59,178 nt of DNA from Phoronis australis (Eukaryota; Animalia; Phoronida). A program made the translations under genes and the position numbers. The stretch is taken from assembly GCA_002633005.1 (NCBI GenBank), contig NMRA01000109.1, positions 347,846 to 407,023 of the forward strand, in the 5' to 3' direction. Below are positions 25,641 through 40,140 of this stretch, piece after piece (the stretch's first letter is position 1; the number at the start of each line of letters is the position of its first letter). The notes under the pieces were generated by a model. The model did not search any database. It was not told the origin of the DNA and saw only the letters and a list, made by a program, of their open reading frames with translations.

Positions 25641-26412
25641 GTGTTTAGGAGATGCAGCTAAGGGTGCGAAACAAAACAAAACTACCACTAGGAGACGCCT
25701 CAGTAATCGATTTCGTTATCGTCAACCTTCCTCTTAACACTGAGAAAATATACCTCAATTTTCAAAATCATCCTTAGAATGGTTTGGTTTAGACGCCAAA
25801 AAACATACTCGAAAATAGGAAACATGGTCCATGGGTGGCACAAAGTACCTCGATTCCATTCGCAAACGGAGGACAGCATCACCTCACCAATAGATGCCTA
25901 TATTCCAACTTTGCTGAAAATCCGTGGAGGACCTATGAAGATACAGAGGTCAACCTAAAAAACTAAAACTGTCACTAGGGGACACATTGGTAGTCATATC
26001 ACTCCCAAAGTTGTCGTAGTTCGTTGTACACTTGCTAAATTTAGGAAAGATCCTGCAAATGGTTTAGGAGATACAACCATTGGGCCAAAAAACTGCCAAT
26101 AGGGGCGCTACAGTGATCAACGTCCTCGTAAATAATCGTCAGCTTCATGCCAATTTTCACAATTATCCTTGGAACTGTTTGGTTGATAGAGTGGTGGGCT
26201 CCAAAATACAGACTAGAACAGTAAAAAGGGCCACTAGGTGGCGCAAACTACGTCAAATCCACCCGACAACAATAAATTCAATTCCTAAATTTAGTAAAGG
26301 TCCTGCCAACGGTTCAGGAGATACAACCATGGGTGTAAAAACACTGCCACTACGAGTCGTCACAGTGGTCGAAGTCGTCGGAAAATCATCGTCAGCCCTT
26401 CGTAGTAAGAAC

Positions 26413-26746
26413 CATAGACGGATTTGCACCCCCCCCTTTGGCTGCCGCAAAAAACAGGAAGAGGAGTGTGAGGAAACATTGACCTCAATGAACATGTGGC
26501 TGAAACAAGATTTAATAACTTGTCCAATTCCAGTTTGCGTGATTGCGTGAGGGCTCGGACCACCGGCACAGCCGTCTTCCTTTTTTTTAGTCCTCCGTTC
26601 GCGTTAGGCAAAACTTTCGAAAACGTTCACGCTCTCAGTATTTAGAACTCCCTACATTTTATGCTGGATGTGCGTATGCTTACGCGGCTACCCAGAACAG
26701 ACTGCCCCCCCCCCCTTATCATATCCTACATGTAGCTCCGCCACTG
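26413..26746. mobile_element. hAT5-like MITE (5-bp TSD)
   Basis: CATAGACGGAT...GCTCCGCCACTG, agaac duplicated (26408-12, 26747-51), internal poly-C runs. Confidence 0.55.
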
Positions 26747-29700
26747 AGAACTTACATGCCAAGTTTAGCAATCATCATCATTACAGCGGTTTGGTTGATG
26801 GAGCTGTGGACGCCAAAAAACAGAATCTAAAACACCAAAAATGGCGACAAGGTGGCGCAAACTACGTCGAATTCATCAGAAAACGGGAAGGTAGCGTCAT
26901 CTCACTGATAGATGTCTATATGCCAAATTTTATGAAAATACGTAGCTAAAGAGGTAAGCATAAAAATGCCGCTAGGGGGTACACCATTAGTCAGATCGGT
27001 CCGAAAGCTCGCTCATGCCGTCCCTATTACGAAAGGAACATATGTGCAAAATTTCATGAACGTACGTCAAAGGGTGTGGGAGATAAACCAGTGGACGCTG
27101 AAAGCCAGACGGACAGACGCCGGACGGATGGACTCCGGACGAACCCCGGATGGACGGAGATGACGTTATAATGTTTCTACATATAATTATGTAGGGGTAT
27201 ACTAAGGTAGTTGGCTGCGCTTACGTGCGCCCACATCCCACTATACCGTAACTTACGGTCCGTAGGCACTACGTTAGATTGCAAAAAGGTGGGTGGCTGC
27301 GCCTACGTGCGCCTTCGGCCCAGCAAAGAAGTGTCAAAGTTACAACAGTATTTAAGTTTTGCATTATGCTCAATTTCTGACCGCCAACCTTGCACGTAGC
27401 AGTCATTAACTCTTTGTGCGGAGATACTTAAAACTGAGACTACACACGTGGATTTCTTGGGGGTTTGGTGAAATTTCCAAAAATGACCTAAACATTTCTG
27501 ACGATGAAACCATTGCTGACGCATGTTTGATATTGACGCTTACGTATTAATATATCATATATACGATATTTTGTTCTCTGTTTGCTATTGAACCCAAGAC
27601 CTACTTTGATTGATATCGCATGCTGCAATCTAGCGTCATTTTTGTTTTCAATTTTTACTTCTAATTGGGCCAAAGCTAATAATATTTAAATGCATGTTTG
27701 CGAATGATTCTAACCTGTGCTAACCCACCATTGACTGTTTTGGCATTTTGAAACTGTACCTTTCTCCCCCAGTATGGTGCTAACTGATGCTGTGCCTTTG
27801 TTAATCTAAGAGTCATTTTTGCATGATGCTTGCCGTTTAACTGATTTCATCCAAACCTGATTTCCCCCCTCTTGTCGTACTGCTGTAGGAAATGACATAT
27901 CTTAAAAATATGGGTTGCACGGGTTTCAAACTGTCATTGTAGCTTGGGCCTACATCTAGCAAAATGGTCTCAGAACAAAGTACAATGTAAAATTAAACGA
28001 TCCTAACAACTTTTTGCCATACAAAGTAACTTCGAATTTGAGCAATACACGCTGAACCAAAATCATGCTAAGTACAAAAGTGGACATGCATAATTATTAC
28101 CATGGCGACTAAGTACCATAAAAGCGGTTTTTCTGAACTGGAATTTGACAAACGTGATAATAAAAATATGAAACGATGAGGTTAAAGGATTTGAGTAAGC
28201 TTCATAACCAAATGTAATCTATTACTTTAAAGCAAGTGAGAGTTTCACGTAGTGTTACTTTGGTTCATGTATATCCTGAAGTAGACATTTAGGGTGACAA
28301 AACATGATTCAAAAACACAATTTATGCATAACATTTAGAAAAATATATGTCCTTTCCTAGCACCTCATCATACCTTTTAGAAAGTTTGACTTTCAAACAA
28401 AAAACGACTTCAACTATTTTTAGCATAGTACAATGTGAATTGAATGGACAATTCCAATGGCAATTCATAATAGTCATGACACAAACACCAGGAATCTGTA
28501 AAAGAAACTGGGTATTATCGTTAATGTAGTCGGTTCATCATGCCTTTCAATTTAGCAAAAGACCTTATGATTATGAATTGTGAGCACATGAACCAATAAA
28601 TAAGTTGCATCTGCGTGACTCAATTCTGGTATAATTTCTTGGATTGTATTGAATCGTATGTAGGGATATATGTCACTAAATAGTTGCAAACGCATTTTGA
28701 ACTCGTAATCTATGCCACTGAATATCTGCAGCCCCGTAAACTGGCTTGTGGAAGCTCTGGAGTAACACCCGATATCAACAAGAAACTGCCCCTGGATTTA
28801 CTTCTTCTGTCACCTGATGGATGCAGTGAAAATATTAGTATCAATTTTATTTGGTAGTCCTGATGTCCCACTTCCTAATCCCATGATGTGTTTTCTCTCA
28901 TTGCATGTAATCTACAGCAAATTTGCTGTTTTCGGCATGCAAACAAGTTGCGTTTTCTTCGTGAACATTTGAAGGCATCTAGGTACATTTAAAAAGTTAA
29001 GACGTCAACAAGTGCAATACTGGTGATTTTTTTATCACTGCCGCACCCTGATCGCATACACAAAGCTTAAGCTGAATCTGAAGGATTACCCCTAAAGGAA
29101 ATTGTTGGAAGAATGTAAAGTTTAGATTCATCCATAGAACAGTCAATGGGCTTAGCATAACCTAGTCAGTAGCTCCCAAAATCGTGCTAATTAAGACCGA
29201 TAATTTTCTATGTAAGTAATAAAGTTTAGGTAGGTATATTCAAACCGCCCTATCGAAGTCATTGGCTGATTGGCAACAGTTTAATGTAAAAAATCCTTAA
29301 TTTCAATCATATATCTCACGGATATTTGTCAATGGCAAAACGAAAAAATCTTAAGCCACGTTTTTTAACTGACTTAACTTTTTCTGCAACCTACTGGACA
29401 CAATACATGGCGTTGACAGGAGAAAATTGTAACTATCGCAACAAGAGATATGAAACACCCTGTGGCTAGGTACATGTGCACACTCCACAGTCATAAGCAT
29501 GAATAACCATGAAATCTAGTGCATCAACATGTTAGGCCCAATGGCACGATAAACAATGTCACAACATAGTAAACATGAACCACAAACGAGGTATTCTCTC
29601 CGTTGTGTTCCGTTTAGAGAGTAATTGTTAGTAGGTGGATACTGTCATCTGTTCAACTGAACTGTTACATTAATCCGGCCAGGACAGTACACATAGCAAA

Positions 29701-29989
29701 AAGGAAGGGCATAGACTAGCAGTCTTTACATGTACAAGCTGTAACATATGTCATGATAATAAGACTATGGAGTTAAAAACGCATACGAATATAGCGAGAG
29801 AACGTCTTTTCTCCGTGTCACTACAACTAGTTTCCATCAAATATGGTGCTGTCGCGCGCACGCCCGCTTGGGACGCTGTGGTCTTTGAAGAAAGATTTGT
29901 GGCATTTTGAGGAAAGACTGGCAATAGGGTGCTTCCTGTTATGCGTCGGCCTAGCTTGAAACTTCAGAATTCCAAAAGGATCCCCAATG

Positions 29990-32900
29990 CTGTATTGGGG
30001 CGGAGGAGCACGTAGGCGCAGCCAACCACCTTTTTGCAATCTAACATACATGTAGCGCCTGCGCACCGTACCTTACGGTATAGTGGGACGTGGGTGAATG
30101 TAGGAGCAGCCAACACCTTTTTACATATTTAAGTAGCCCCTACGCACCGAAATTTAAGTGACGGTATAGTGGTACGATACCTTACGATATCGATGCGCTG
30201 AGACTTTGACGACAGCATTGTTGAAGCACGTTTCGGTGCGCGCTACCGCCATGCATGCATCGATGAGCTCATGATTAGCAAAACCCGGGTGTACAGTAAG
30301 TCGTCAAAAGTAAACAGATTCATTTCATTGAACCCACTACATCAACATTTTGAGTTAGCCAGTGAACACAGAATTCCCGACTCGTGAGATCGGAGCATGT
30401 TATTGGGATTACAGAGATGTTTGTAAAGTCCCACATTCGTTCAGATTCTTGAGCTGATACACGATTTTCTAGGAGTGTTGTCAAGCCTGTTTGTGGATCT
30501 GCAATGCAGAAGTCTGTGGTTGATAATAGCGGGCAGGCATTCGCCACCTTTAAATGAACAACCGTGACCATACGTCCTGTACACGTTATTAAAAATGTTA
30601 TTGTGAACTTGTAGAGTCGTTCACTTGACAATGATGAGCAGTCATTTTGCTCTTTTCTGAGCATCTTCGACCACAAAACATGGCCGATAGGATCTGCAGT
30701 AAGACATGGCAAGCACAAAGCCATAGGTATCAGGGCTCGACGCTATTAAAATCGCCAGGTAGCATTTGGCGACCTAGCCAAAATCCCAGGTCGCATTTTC
30801 AAAATCCAGTTCGCATTCATAAATGCCAGGTCGCAAAAATTGCCCGCCATTTTACGCTCCAAAACTGAGTTTTAGATCACCGAGAAAATGTTTAGGTTAT
30901 GCTCTTATCTGCAGCATTAAATACTTACAAATTTCAGACCCCAAAATTGACTTCGTTCATGCAGGTACGGCGTTAATGTTTTTCACGACCGCCATTGAAA
31001 GGCTCTATAGCTCAAGGTAAGTTGCCGACGTGAAAGTTGAATCAGTGATCTCTAACTGACACGTGCATTCGAGTAGCTGAGTTTGCGATTTGAAACGGAA
31101 GAAAATGCCCATTGAAAAAGTATCCGGGATTTTGCTTGGTCTGACCTGCTAATGGCTGTCATCAAAGTCCTTAAAGATTCAAACTAACTCTGAGTGGAAA
31201 GTCCCTCCACTTTTTGTTCGCAGCCCAAATTTTGCAGCTTAACTCGATGTCTGAAAAAAATCTGTCGAAAAAATCCGTGAAACGCCGCCCTAACGTAATG
31301 ACCTATTCGGATGCGCTGGAACAATACAGTGCAAATTTCACAACAAAATTGTGGTACTTATGCTGTTTACCTACTCAACAATTAGTTGTACATGAAAGGA
31401 ATAGCCTCGATATTATTCCCGACTCTCTCCGTGCGGGTTTCCGTCGGTTAATAGTGAGTTTGCTCCAATACCTTCCAAGTACGGGAAAAATAGGTCAGTC
31501 ACAAAACGACACGCATGGAGGCATAAAACAACGCCGGGATTTGGATTTTACATATTGAGAAACGACGTTTTTTGAAAACTGAATATGTTTTAAAATGAGA
31601 GTGACACACCATAGAGGCTGCATGTCAATTTTAAACGGCGCGCGGTCGTTTGTAGAGCGCTATGATGGGCGCTAGCCTAAACTGTGGGCGCCTAATTGGA
31701 AATTCTTTAAAAAATGAGGAGAAACGCTTAGTAGATCAGTGAGCGCTTATTATGAAACATTTAAAAGGTAGGGAGTAGACTTGTGCGAGAACATAGACTC
31801 TATTCACGCGGCGGACATTAAAATCCAAAGCGAGGCTCACTGCGATAAACAAAGCGAAAGTAGACATTGCGTGAGTTAAATAGCCGGTCTTTCGAGTCCA
31901 ACCTGGATATTGAATTTTAATAATGTGTCAACAATTAAACCACACAGACGTAGAAAATTACATTAGAGAACATGTTAAGGCATCAATGAGTTGTCTGACG
32001 AAAGGGTTTAATTTTTTTCGGAAAACTAGGTTCGAAACATGAAAAGTAAATATGACCAAATTGCGGCGATCGTAGTGTTACGGATTAGGTATTATGCTGA
32101 ATGCAGGGTTACTTTTTTTCTTGTAAATTGTTGATCAAAATACTTTCTAGGCGGACCAGGTCATCTGCTCGTATTGTTAACAAGTTGAAGACATATTCGA
32201 CAGTGGTGGCTGTCATGTGCAATTAGTCACATCTGGTTTAATTTGTTGATCAAGAATATTAAAATCAAGCATAATCTGATCCTATGCACTCCCTGGGACT
32301 AACAGTTGATTTGTCATTGATCTGAAAGAACAATTGATGTTATTAAATATATTTTTTATTAAAATAATAAACCAGACTCGTAATTGAAAATAATTTGACC
32401 ATCAATTATGCTTTCTTGGTTGTAATAATTCTTACGTCTATTTCATGTGTTAGATTTCAAGTATCAATTTGGACCAAGTTGAATTTTAAAATTAAAACAC
32501 CTAATTCGTTCGTCCAAAACCTAACCTCGCTTTAGAACTCAATTTCAGTTAACTGGACATTGAAATCATAGTTATCATGTTTCTGCAGGAACCTCGTTCA
32601 TCCGAGGGGAAAGGTGCCAGTGCCTACCTGAGAGGCGATTTTTTCGCCGAGTGAGGGTGGGAACAGTCTACCTCCCGATCACCATCAATAGCACCCCTGC
32701 CCTGTTGCAAGCTCTCATAGCCTCTGTCTCATTTTAAAGTAGCCTTTTGTGCTCTTAAAAATTGTCACCTGTGTGGTTACAGGTTATGTGAACTCAGAGA
32801 GATTTTTCACTAGGGGAATTTTTATGCCTCGTGGGGGGAATTTCGCGTGATATTTCAATATTTTTGAGAGAGGAATAGGGCCGATATTGGGCCCTAAATT

Positions 32901-35312
32901 TGAGGGATTGAGGGCTCTGTCCTTTTTGGAAAGAAAAATTATAATGTTTCAACCCGTAGCAGGGGCGAATCCAGGATTTTGAATTGGGGGGGCAGGCACA
33001 GGAATAAGCAACATTTCGGCAGATGCGCGCGCCCAGCCTAAAATCTGGGGATGCAGGGGTCTTGAATTCTTGGATTTGCGGACCTGTTGACTAAAAAAAA
33101 CGGTAAACGGGGTTCATTCAGCGCCTATGCGTTGTTTATTCACCCCCAAGACCCCCTGGTTGCGCACGTGTGCTAGTCAGCAATTCGCACCCGAACTCAA
33201 AAATGGGATCTGATACAATTTTAGTGCCCCCCCCCCAAATCCGTAGTCATGAAAATACAACCTGGCTGGCCCATTCTCTGGTCGTTACTATGATGCTTAA
33301 CAACTGACCGAGATGCGACAAAATATGATCTAACTTTTCGAAAACATTTATTTTACACGGACATATTTTGCTTTGTCGGCGTATGGCAACGACCCAACGC
33401 TTCCGAATTTAAACGTCTTTAGAGATTGTGAAGCGTGTACATATTTTTTCTAGCCGTTCGGGGAACAACACGGACTGAAACACAGACTCCTACGCCGATA
33501 AGCTAACAGAGCTATCGTAGCGAGCCTCGTTTTGGAACGCGCCTCCTGTCGGCGTGAATAGGGTCTATAGTCGTTAACCTGAGTGTTTGCGGTGATAAGA
33601 TATTGAAAGACTGCAATGGTAAGAAACGTTATAATAATACGATTTTGCTAGGCAACCTCCATCTATTAGGGGTGACTTTCTGGATATCGTTACCACCTAT
33701 ACTGTACCCTTTTTAGCCACCCGGAATAATTTTGTTTTTAATTGCCGCTTCAGCCGGAACAAAATTGTTTCTATTGCAGTCTTTACTGCGGCGTGGTCCG
33801 GGGGAGCGAAAAGTTGAAGAGAAGAATAAAAAGTTCGCTAACCACAATTTTGCACCTAGTACCCGTTTAGTTGCATTAGCTGGCTACGGACATAGAATAT
33901 AGGGTTTAGGGAACATCGACCTCGGGAGACATCGAAACAGGTAATATCAGGTCTGCGTTACTATATCGGTCCCGGGGATTTTCTTAAAGCATCGGGACTT
34001 TTATAACCGCCGGGAATGGGAGTTCATTTTCAAATTAACCACTGGCACCCGGGTGCTTAATAGAGCCAAGCCGGTATACTTTTTCATTTAGGACTATCGC
34101 TGTTCTCTTTTGATGTGCAGCTTTGAAGTAGTGCGCACGCGTGAGCTCACGCACTTGAATCGCTGGAGTAGGCCAACACGTACTTTACGCTGGCAACAAC
34201 GTGTGAAGGACAAATCATATTTCGCGCACGTAGCCTCAGAAACAAGTAAAGGGGTTTGAGAACTTCTTGGCAACTGAAAGTAAGACGTGGTCGTCGTTTG
34301 GCGATTAATAGGGTTGTCATGTGGCAGTCTTATGCGATAAAAACGAGACGCACATCTCTAAGTCACGACTGTCCGCCGGGATCGCTTGCGCGCTAACAAC
34401 GCGGGGAATGTGTTCGTAGCAATGGATGGGACGGTTAGACTACAGAACCTACGAAATGCTCTCAACTGGACTTCTGTATAAGACTCTCCTTTGCAGTACA
34501 GCTGAATGTGAGCGAGCATTTAGCGAAATAATAGGATTGTAACAGAGGCTAACTCTTGTTTGCTATTAGAAACCACCTTCAGCTTGCTGTTTTCCGAGGC
34601 CAATGGTCCCCGCTTTCCATGTTCCACCCACAACTTCATGCCGAAATTTTGATTCGACAACACAGAACTGTTGGTAGTTATCAGTCTAGATCATGTAACT
34701 TAGAGAGGAATAAGACTGCTGTCAAGAAAGTTTGTGGAGGATTCTCTAACTCAACAATCTATCTTTGGAAAGGTCACTAGTACCTGGTAGTTTATTAACT
34801 TGAAAACTAAATGAATAACAAAACAGCTGCTTACAAGAAAGCCCTACTTTGAGTTTATACATTGTATATAAGCGCGAAGACGAGTGTGCATTAAATAAAA
34901 CGTCAGTGCATGTGTAACATCGTGTTTGTGCAAATACTCTTTGAAAGGTGCAGAGTAGCATGTGTTTGTCGGGTTATGAAATTTGAAATTAATATTTCAA
35001 GATAAAGTAAAAATTACGGTGTTATACTATTGGAGGGTAAGGGGGTGTGCGGAGGACACATACAACGGGCGACTAAAAACGCAACCAGCATATCGTTTCT
35101 GAGCGTTACGGGCCTATTGCCCTTTAAAATTATGTTTGGCTCCTATTCAGAGACCGACTGGAATGCCCGCGGACCTCTGCCTTCGAAAATATGTGATTGG
35201 GCCCCCTTTCTGCGACACCCTAGATCCTCTACAGCAGGCTAGAAGTAAATACCCACTCATAAGTCCAAATCAATTTACATTTTTGTGAGTAAGGTTTTTC
35301 GAGTTCAATGTA
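29990..35312 (+). mobile_element. Decayed hAT transposon copy B (inverted relative to copy A), interrupted at about 30730-34370
   Basis: Segments 29990-30720, 34380-34900 and 34900-35312 are diverged reverse complements of copy A segments. Confidence 0.6.
31795..33566. mobile_element. ISL2EU-like non-autonomous DNA transposon
   Basis: TIR AGACTCTATTCACGC / AGACCCTATTCACGC extending to about 60 bp (gcgaggctcac / gcgagcctcg); 2-bp AT TSD. Confidence 0.65.
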
Positions 35313-35549
35313 CTGTTTTAATTCTAGGCGATAGGCAGGGCTTTGGGCGCCTTCTTACCTCTAATTTTATCTCTACATCACTTATTGGGAATGTTGCTAC
35401 CTTTGTATTTGGTTAGGTTCATAGTCTTGATGTTAAATAACGCCTTGATACTGATCTTTCTCTTTGAAGCAAACAACTTACTGGATTCAGATGGCCATCC
35501 CGCAGTTCGTCGGAAGTCAGCTAGGCGGAAAAGTAGGTGTCGTCGTTGA

Positions 35550-36158
35550 ACCGTAAATGTAATAGACTATAAATGTAGTGACCAAGGAGCATTATATTAC
35601 AGCCGACAACATCTCGTAATTTTGAGCAAATTATTTTTTTAATATCACCGGGTAGGATCAGACATATGAATTGTACATTCGCAGCACATCGTACTTAACG
35701 TACCGAATTGACGTGACTTCCACAAGTCCTTGACGGGTGATTTTACGTTCTCGACATTCCAGAAAATATTCTTGGATGGCGCCATTTTGTTGATGCATTG
35801 ATATCCCACGGAAAAGACAGCAAACCCATTTGACCAATGAAACATTTCTGGACACTTGACCGAAGACAGTCATGCGTAGTACATACTAGCTCATAAATAA
35901 CACTACACTGGACAATGGGACGGACTTTACCTTTTGAAATGTTATTGCACATGACAGAGCTGGAGGACTTCCTAATCCGATAAAAAAAATTATACCACAA
36001 TATTAGCCTCGAGTGCCAGATACAACCGTGTAATAACCCGGCCGTGAAGTTGTCTCACTGGTGAGATAACATTTTGGCGGGAAACCGAGGCCGGATTCGA
36101 ACCCGGGCCTCAAGAGTTGTGAGTCGCCGACTTTACCACTACAGCACTCAGAGGCTGA
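35550..36158 (-). mobile_element. tRNA-derived SINE (head 36085-36155); 3' limit uncertain
   Basis: Pol III A-box TGCTGTAGTGG and B-box GGTTCGAATCC, anticodon-like loop CTCACAA; acceptor stem does not pair, so not a functional tRNA. Confidence 0.55.
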
Positions 36159-39100
36159 CGTTATCGAAAGTGAAAGTAGAATACTTAAGTGAGCAACAAT
36201 CGTATGTTCAGCAAAGGGCATTGCACCGACATTTATACGCTATGAAAAATAAGACGCATAATTTCCATAAAAACGATATTTTAATTCAGTGAAATTTTTC
36301 TCTCGTGTTCTCTCACTTGTAAATCACCGATCTCCAATTTGAATGTAGGTGTCGTGTGGTCGGGATCCTCTGACTTGAGCATTATAGTCAGTTACTAGTG
36401 GTAACCTACTTTAGCAGACGATATATTCCCGGTCGCCTAAAGCTTGGCCTGATAAAATGTGTAGTAAGCTATAGTAGCTGTTACACCTTAATTTATAGGT
36501 TCACTTCATTTCTTTTTTGTTTAAATTTCCAATTGGTTTTGAGTATAAGCATTATTTGACAAAAATAGCTCAGCTTTTCTTAAAAGGTCACGACCTCCGA
36601 CCCCGGGCCTCGACATAGAAAGTAGTTACAAAGCTGAGGCGAGTCGAGAAAGGTAGATCGATTCATTGCAATGTTTCTCGTTTCGTATGTAGTATAAACG
36701 CCCCTCGGGCGATAATTTTCCAAAATCCACTCGGGCTCTCGATAACGGGTGATAACGACTTCGCCATGTAATAATCTGTGTATATGTATCCAGGTAATCA
36801 ACAGACTTACAAACGTCAATTTGATACGTAGGACACAGTGTGCTGTACTTGAAAGTATGTGATTCCTTTTTTATTGCATTCGAGATGCCTGTTTTGAAGC
36901 AAACACGCTTGGTTTGCGTTTTTTTTTTTCCCAATACCAGCCTCCATTTGTCAATCGTTGCAGTATTTAACAACTGCCATTTCTCACAGAGTATGTTTTC
37001 AGCTTTTGCCATGTAGTTGAATAACTGCGTCATTTCATTACCTCTTGAGAATGAAACAAGTATATTTCGAAATATCGTGTGTCTTTCAATCATGTCGATC
37101 GGTTAGTTGCTTTACTAATGTTCTGTTAAGTGTCGAATAATCAAAATATAAAGTAACGTCACCTTGTCGTGAAAATCCAATCCCAATCGTAAAGGATTAC
37201 GACCACTGACTAAATGTAATGTTGTTTACCAATTAACATGTCATATGGACAAATTCTCATGAACAGTGTTACGTTACACGGTGTGCTCTCTCTCAAGGCG
37301 GTTGTCCATGCACTTATAGGGCAGGTCCATTCAAGATCATTTTGTGCATCAACATGGCCGAAAAAATAACTAGGCAAGAAATATAGATAATACCATCTGT
37401 CGCTCAGTTAAAACCGACACATTTCAGCTAACGATTTTGGGATTGCTATTGATTAGTCACGAAAAATTTACCTGTATCTATATACATTTTCTGGTTTCAT
37501 TTTTAATTTTCGAGGGCTGCGTCAACAAATGTGAAAAATCATAAGTAGAAAACTCCAGCAAAGCGCATTTTTGTATAAACGCATTCACTTGGCTACAAGT
37601 ATTTTAAGGTAGTAAAGCCTGTGTTCAACTTGAAGTAAAAAATATTGAAATAACAGCCATATTTCGATGGATTTAGAGGCAACTGATAAGAAACCACGAG
37701 CTGTTAAGGCATGTTGCGTTTCATTAACAAACGCTTTAGTAGCAACATTAGGCTGCGGACGCTCTTCGAATACGTGACAAAATATTTTGAAATATGAGCC
37801 GGCGGGCGACATCCGCGCCATGTCGCAAAACCAGTGTAGCCACCTTACTAAGCTGACGCCCGCACGGAAAGCTCATATCTCACATTTGCGGCATTGTCAC
37901 CTAACTCAGTTCATTGCTATTCCTCCTCCCCGAGAAAGACTATTGAATTGGTTGATTATAGGTTAAGGTCATAGGCGGACTTTGGTGCAGAAACTGCTCC
38001 GTATTCAGTCACGATTCAAACCCGGGATGTTGTTTTCATAGCATACCGTTTCGGCATTAATAACTTTGCTTGCCAATTTTACAACTCTGGCCAAGTCATC
38101 ATACCTTTCCACCTATCCTGAACTGAAAAAGTAGTGTCAAAATTGACTGGAGTTTCAGGCTATTGAGACTAGGATCTTTGTTTATAGAGACATCGATTTG
38201 TAGAACATTCTGACTAAAAAATCTTCGGGTAACAAAACCTTCGGACAATAGGCATGGAGTCATAATAAGCGTGGTAATCTTTCCTCAGACGCCATAACAT
38301 CGCCAAAGCGCATATAATGCTACTGGTCGCAAAAGCTCGGGGATTGTGGACACTTTGATGTGAAACAACCCAGGGGACTATATTGGTATCAGTTATGATT
38401 CATTCATTGTGAAAAGGGATAAAAAGGAATCATGGCACAGTATTTCTTACCTATTATTTATGCCCTTTCATAGGGTGAAAATCATACTTTCAGAAGTATT
38501 TAACGTTAGGGTGGCCGGTGACCGGTCTGGGGACTAAAATTGGTAGCAACCTGTGGGAACATTACAATCTGATTGCAAAGTTACAATGAGTTTTGACCGA
38601 GTTGAAGATTTTTTTGCACTGAGCAAAGGGCCATAACACCCTTAGGTGCCTCCCTTTCTGTGTCCGTGGCTCTCACAACGAAGATAAAAAATACGAGCAA
38701 AGCAGATTCGGCTGGTAGTCGCTTCCACAGTCTCCATGTAATCAAACAGCAACGCCATCTATCATTTAGACGAAACAAGCATGCCAGTCACAACTTATGT
38801 ACATAAGTTACGTAATAAGCAATAATCATCAGTGTGATTTTGAGAGAATGTTGTCTGCTTTTTCTCCAAAACACCAGCTTCTTACGTTGTTTTGCAAGCT
38901 AAGCACACGAATTTCAAGAGGCCCCATATTGGTGGTTGAAACAACTGAGAACACGTAAATAGGACGAAGTGCAGGTGGTGTAATGCTTGGCAAGCAAAAT
39001 CTACGGAGGAGGCAAGAATTTTTCATTTTAGACTACGAAGAGGTTAGGAATAACTAAACAAATTATCAGCAGCTTAGTTTTTGAAAAGGTGAAACATGGA

Positions 39101-40140
39101 TGCTACAGACCGCCAAATTTTGCCGTAAATGGCTTCAGTGAAAACTTGCAAAATAGCTGTTCTTGTCACAAAAATATCCAAAATAACAAATCTGAAAACA
39201 AAATTTGAAAGTTATGCCATAAAATTATTGAATAACAGTCCTTTAAAGTGCATCACTCATTTGTTACCAGATAGCTACACATGTTAGTAAAATGCATCCA
39301 AATCTTTTTTTCTTCAGCGCCTATATTTGTTGCGAAATGGAGGTTCATGTAACAAAAAAGAGAAATAATGGATGAAAATTCTTTAAAAAGTTTTTTTCAC
39401 ATCTCTTCAAACCGAACTCAGGTGTTAAGTCTAAAAAATCTGTGAGTTGGGGTATCGACTCTACCTGTTTTTATATATGGTGTCACTCTTATTTATTCAG
39501 CTACAACGCGTACTGTTTTTCAAAATTGAATTGTTTTGCTTACATTGATAAATAAATGTTTGAAAGTTTCGTTTTTACGTCGAGTAATATTACACTGAAG
39601 TATTGTGTCTCAGCCATTGATTATCCTTGCACGCAATTTGTTTATTTTTCATCTCTGCTTGTAGTGCATGTGCCGTGGCTTAGCCGTAACGTGTTCGTTT
39701 GTAAATTCAAGTTCAAGTCCCTTGCAAACCAAGTTTCGAATCTCCCGTCATATCATAATGTCACCCCGGGACATGGTTTTTATGATAGTCGTCTAGAAAT
39801 TGTCAGATGTCAAGAAAAACCACCGTAAATGGCCGATAGAATGTTTATGCATATGCTTTAACTTAAACTCAATTAAGTGTTTTGAGCTAAATGTAATATT
39901 TCATTAACTTAGATAAAGTTATTTGTTAACGTGCACCTCCAAGTACATGTAGCTAACTTCTCAGGTTACATCAGAGTAGAACGGTTATTATTATTATTAT
40001 TTTGATACTTTCATCGACTGTTTTGCCAAATTGTCCGTATACGAGCCAAGATTTACTTATATTGATTATTCATTGGTTACTTGCTTTAAGTAACGTTCTG
40101 AAGTAGGGAATGAGCACACTAAGGTTATTGCATTATATAC

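Larger units (their letters stand above)
22641..27203 (-). mobile_element. Non-autonomous Helentron (HINE/DINE-1/pearl-like) with internal tandem array
   Basis: Minus-strand 5' end TATACCCCTACATA hairpin plus (GTCC)n-like microsatellite (27105-27160); 3' end CTCTTGT with hairpin (22641-22685). Inserted in a TT/AA run whose empty site is seen at about 30118-30123; internal ~120-145 bp repeats. Confidence 0.75.
19050..27340 (-). mobile_element. Decayed hAT (ZNF862-like) transposon copy A, interrupted by Kolobok, MITE and Helentron insertions
   Basis: Minus-strand relics HDVLEKLSCLFVDLQ...NLERR...FLCIFDPKTLP, LFLAVQLNASE and TRNLMPKL..NTELLIDIS resemble the hAT C-terminal/dimerisation region; colinear reverse complement of 29990-35312. 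Confidence 0.6.

Noticed and set aside
32589-32650. Candidate host exon after ttctgcag
   Set aside because: Lies inside the ISL2EU-like element and would end in phase 0, breaking the phase-1 chain.
36085-36155. tRNA gene
   Set aside because: A and B boxes are present but acceptor and anticodon stems do not pair; treated as a SINE head.
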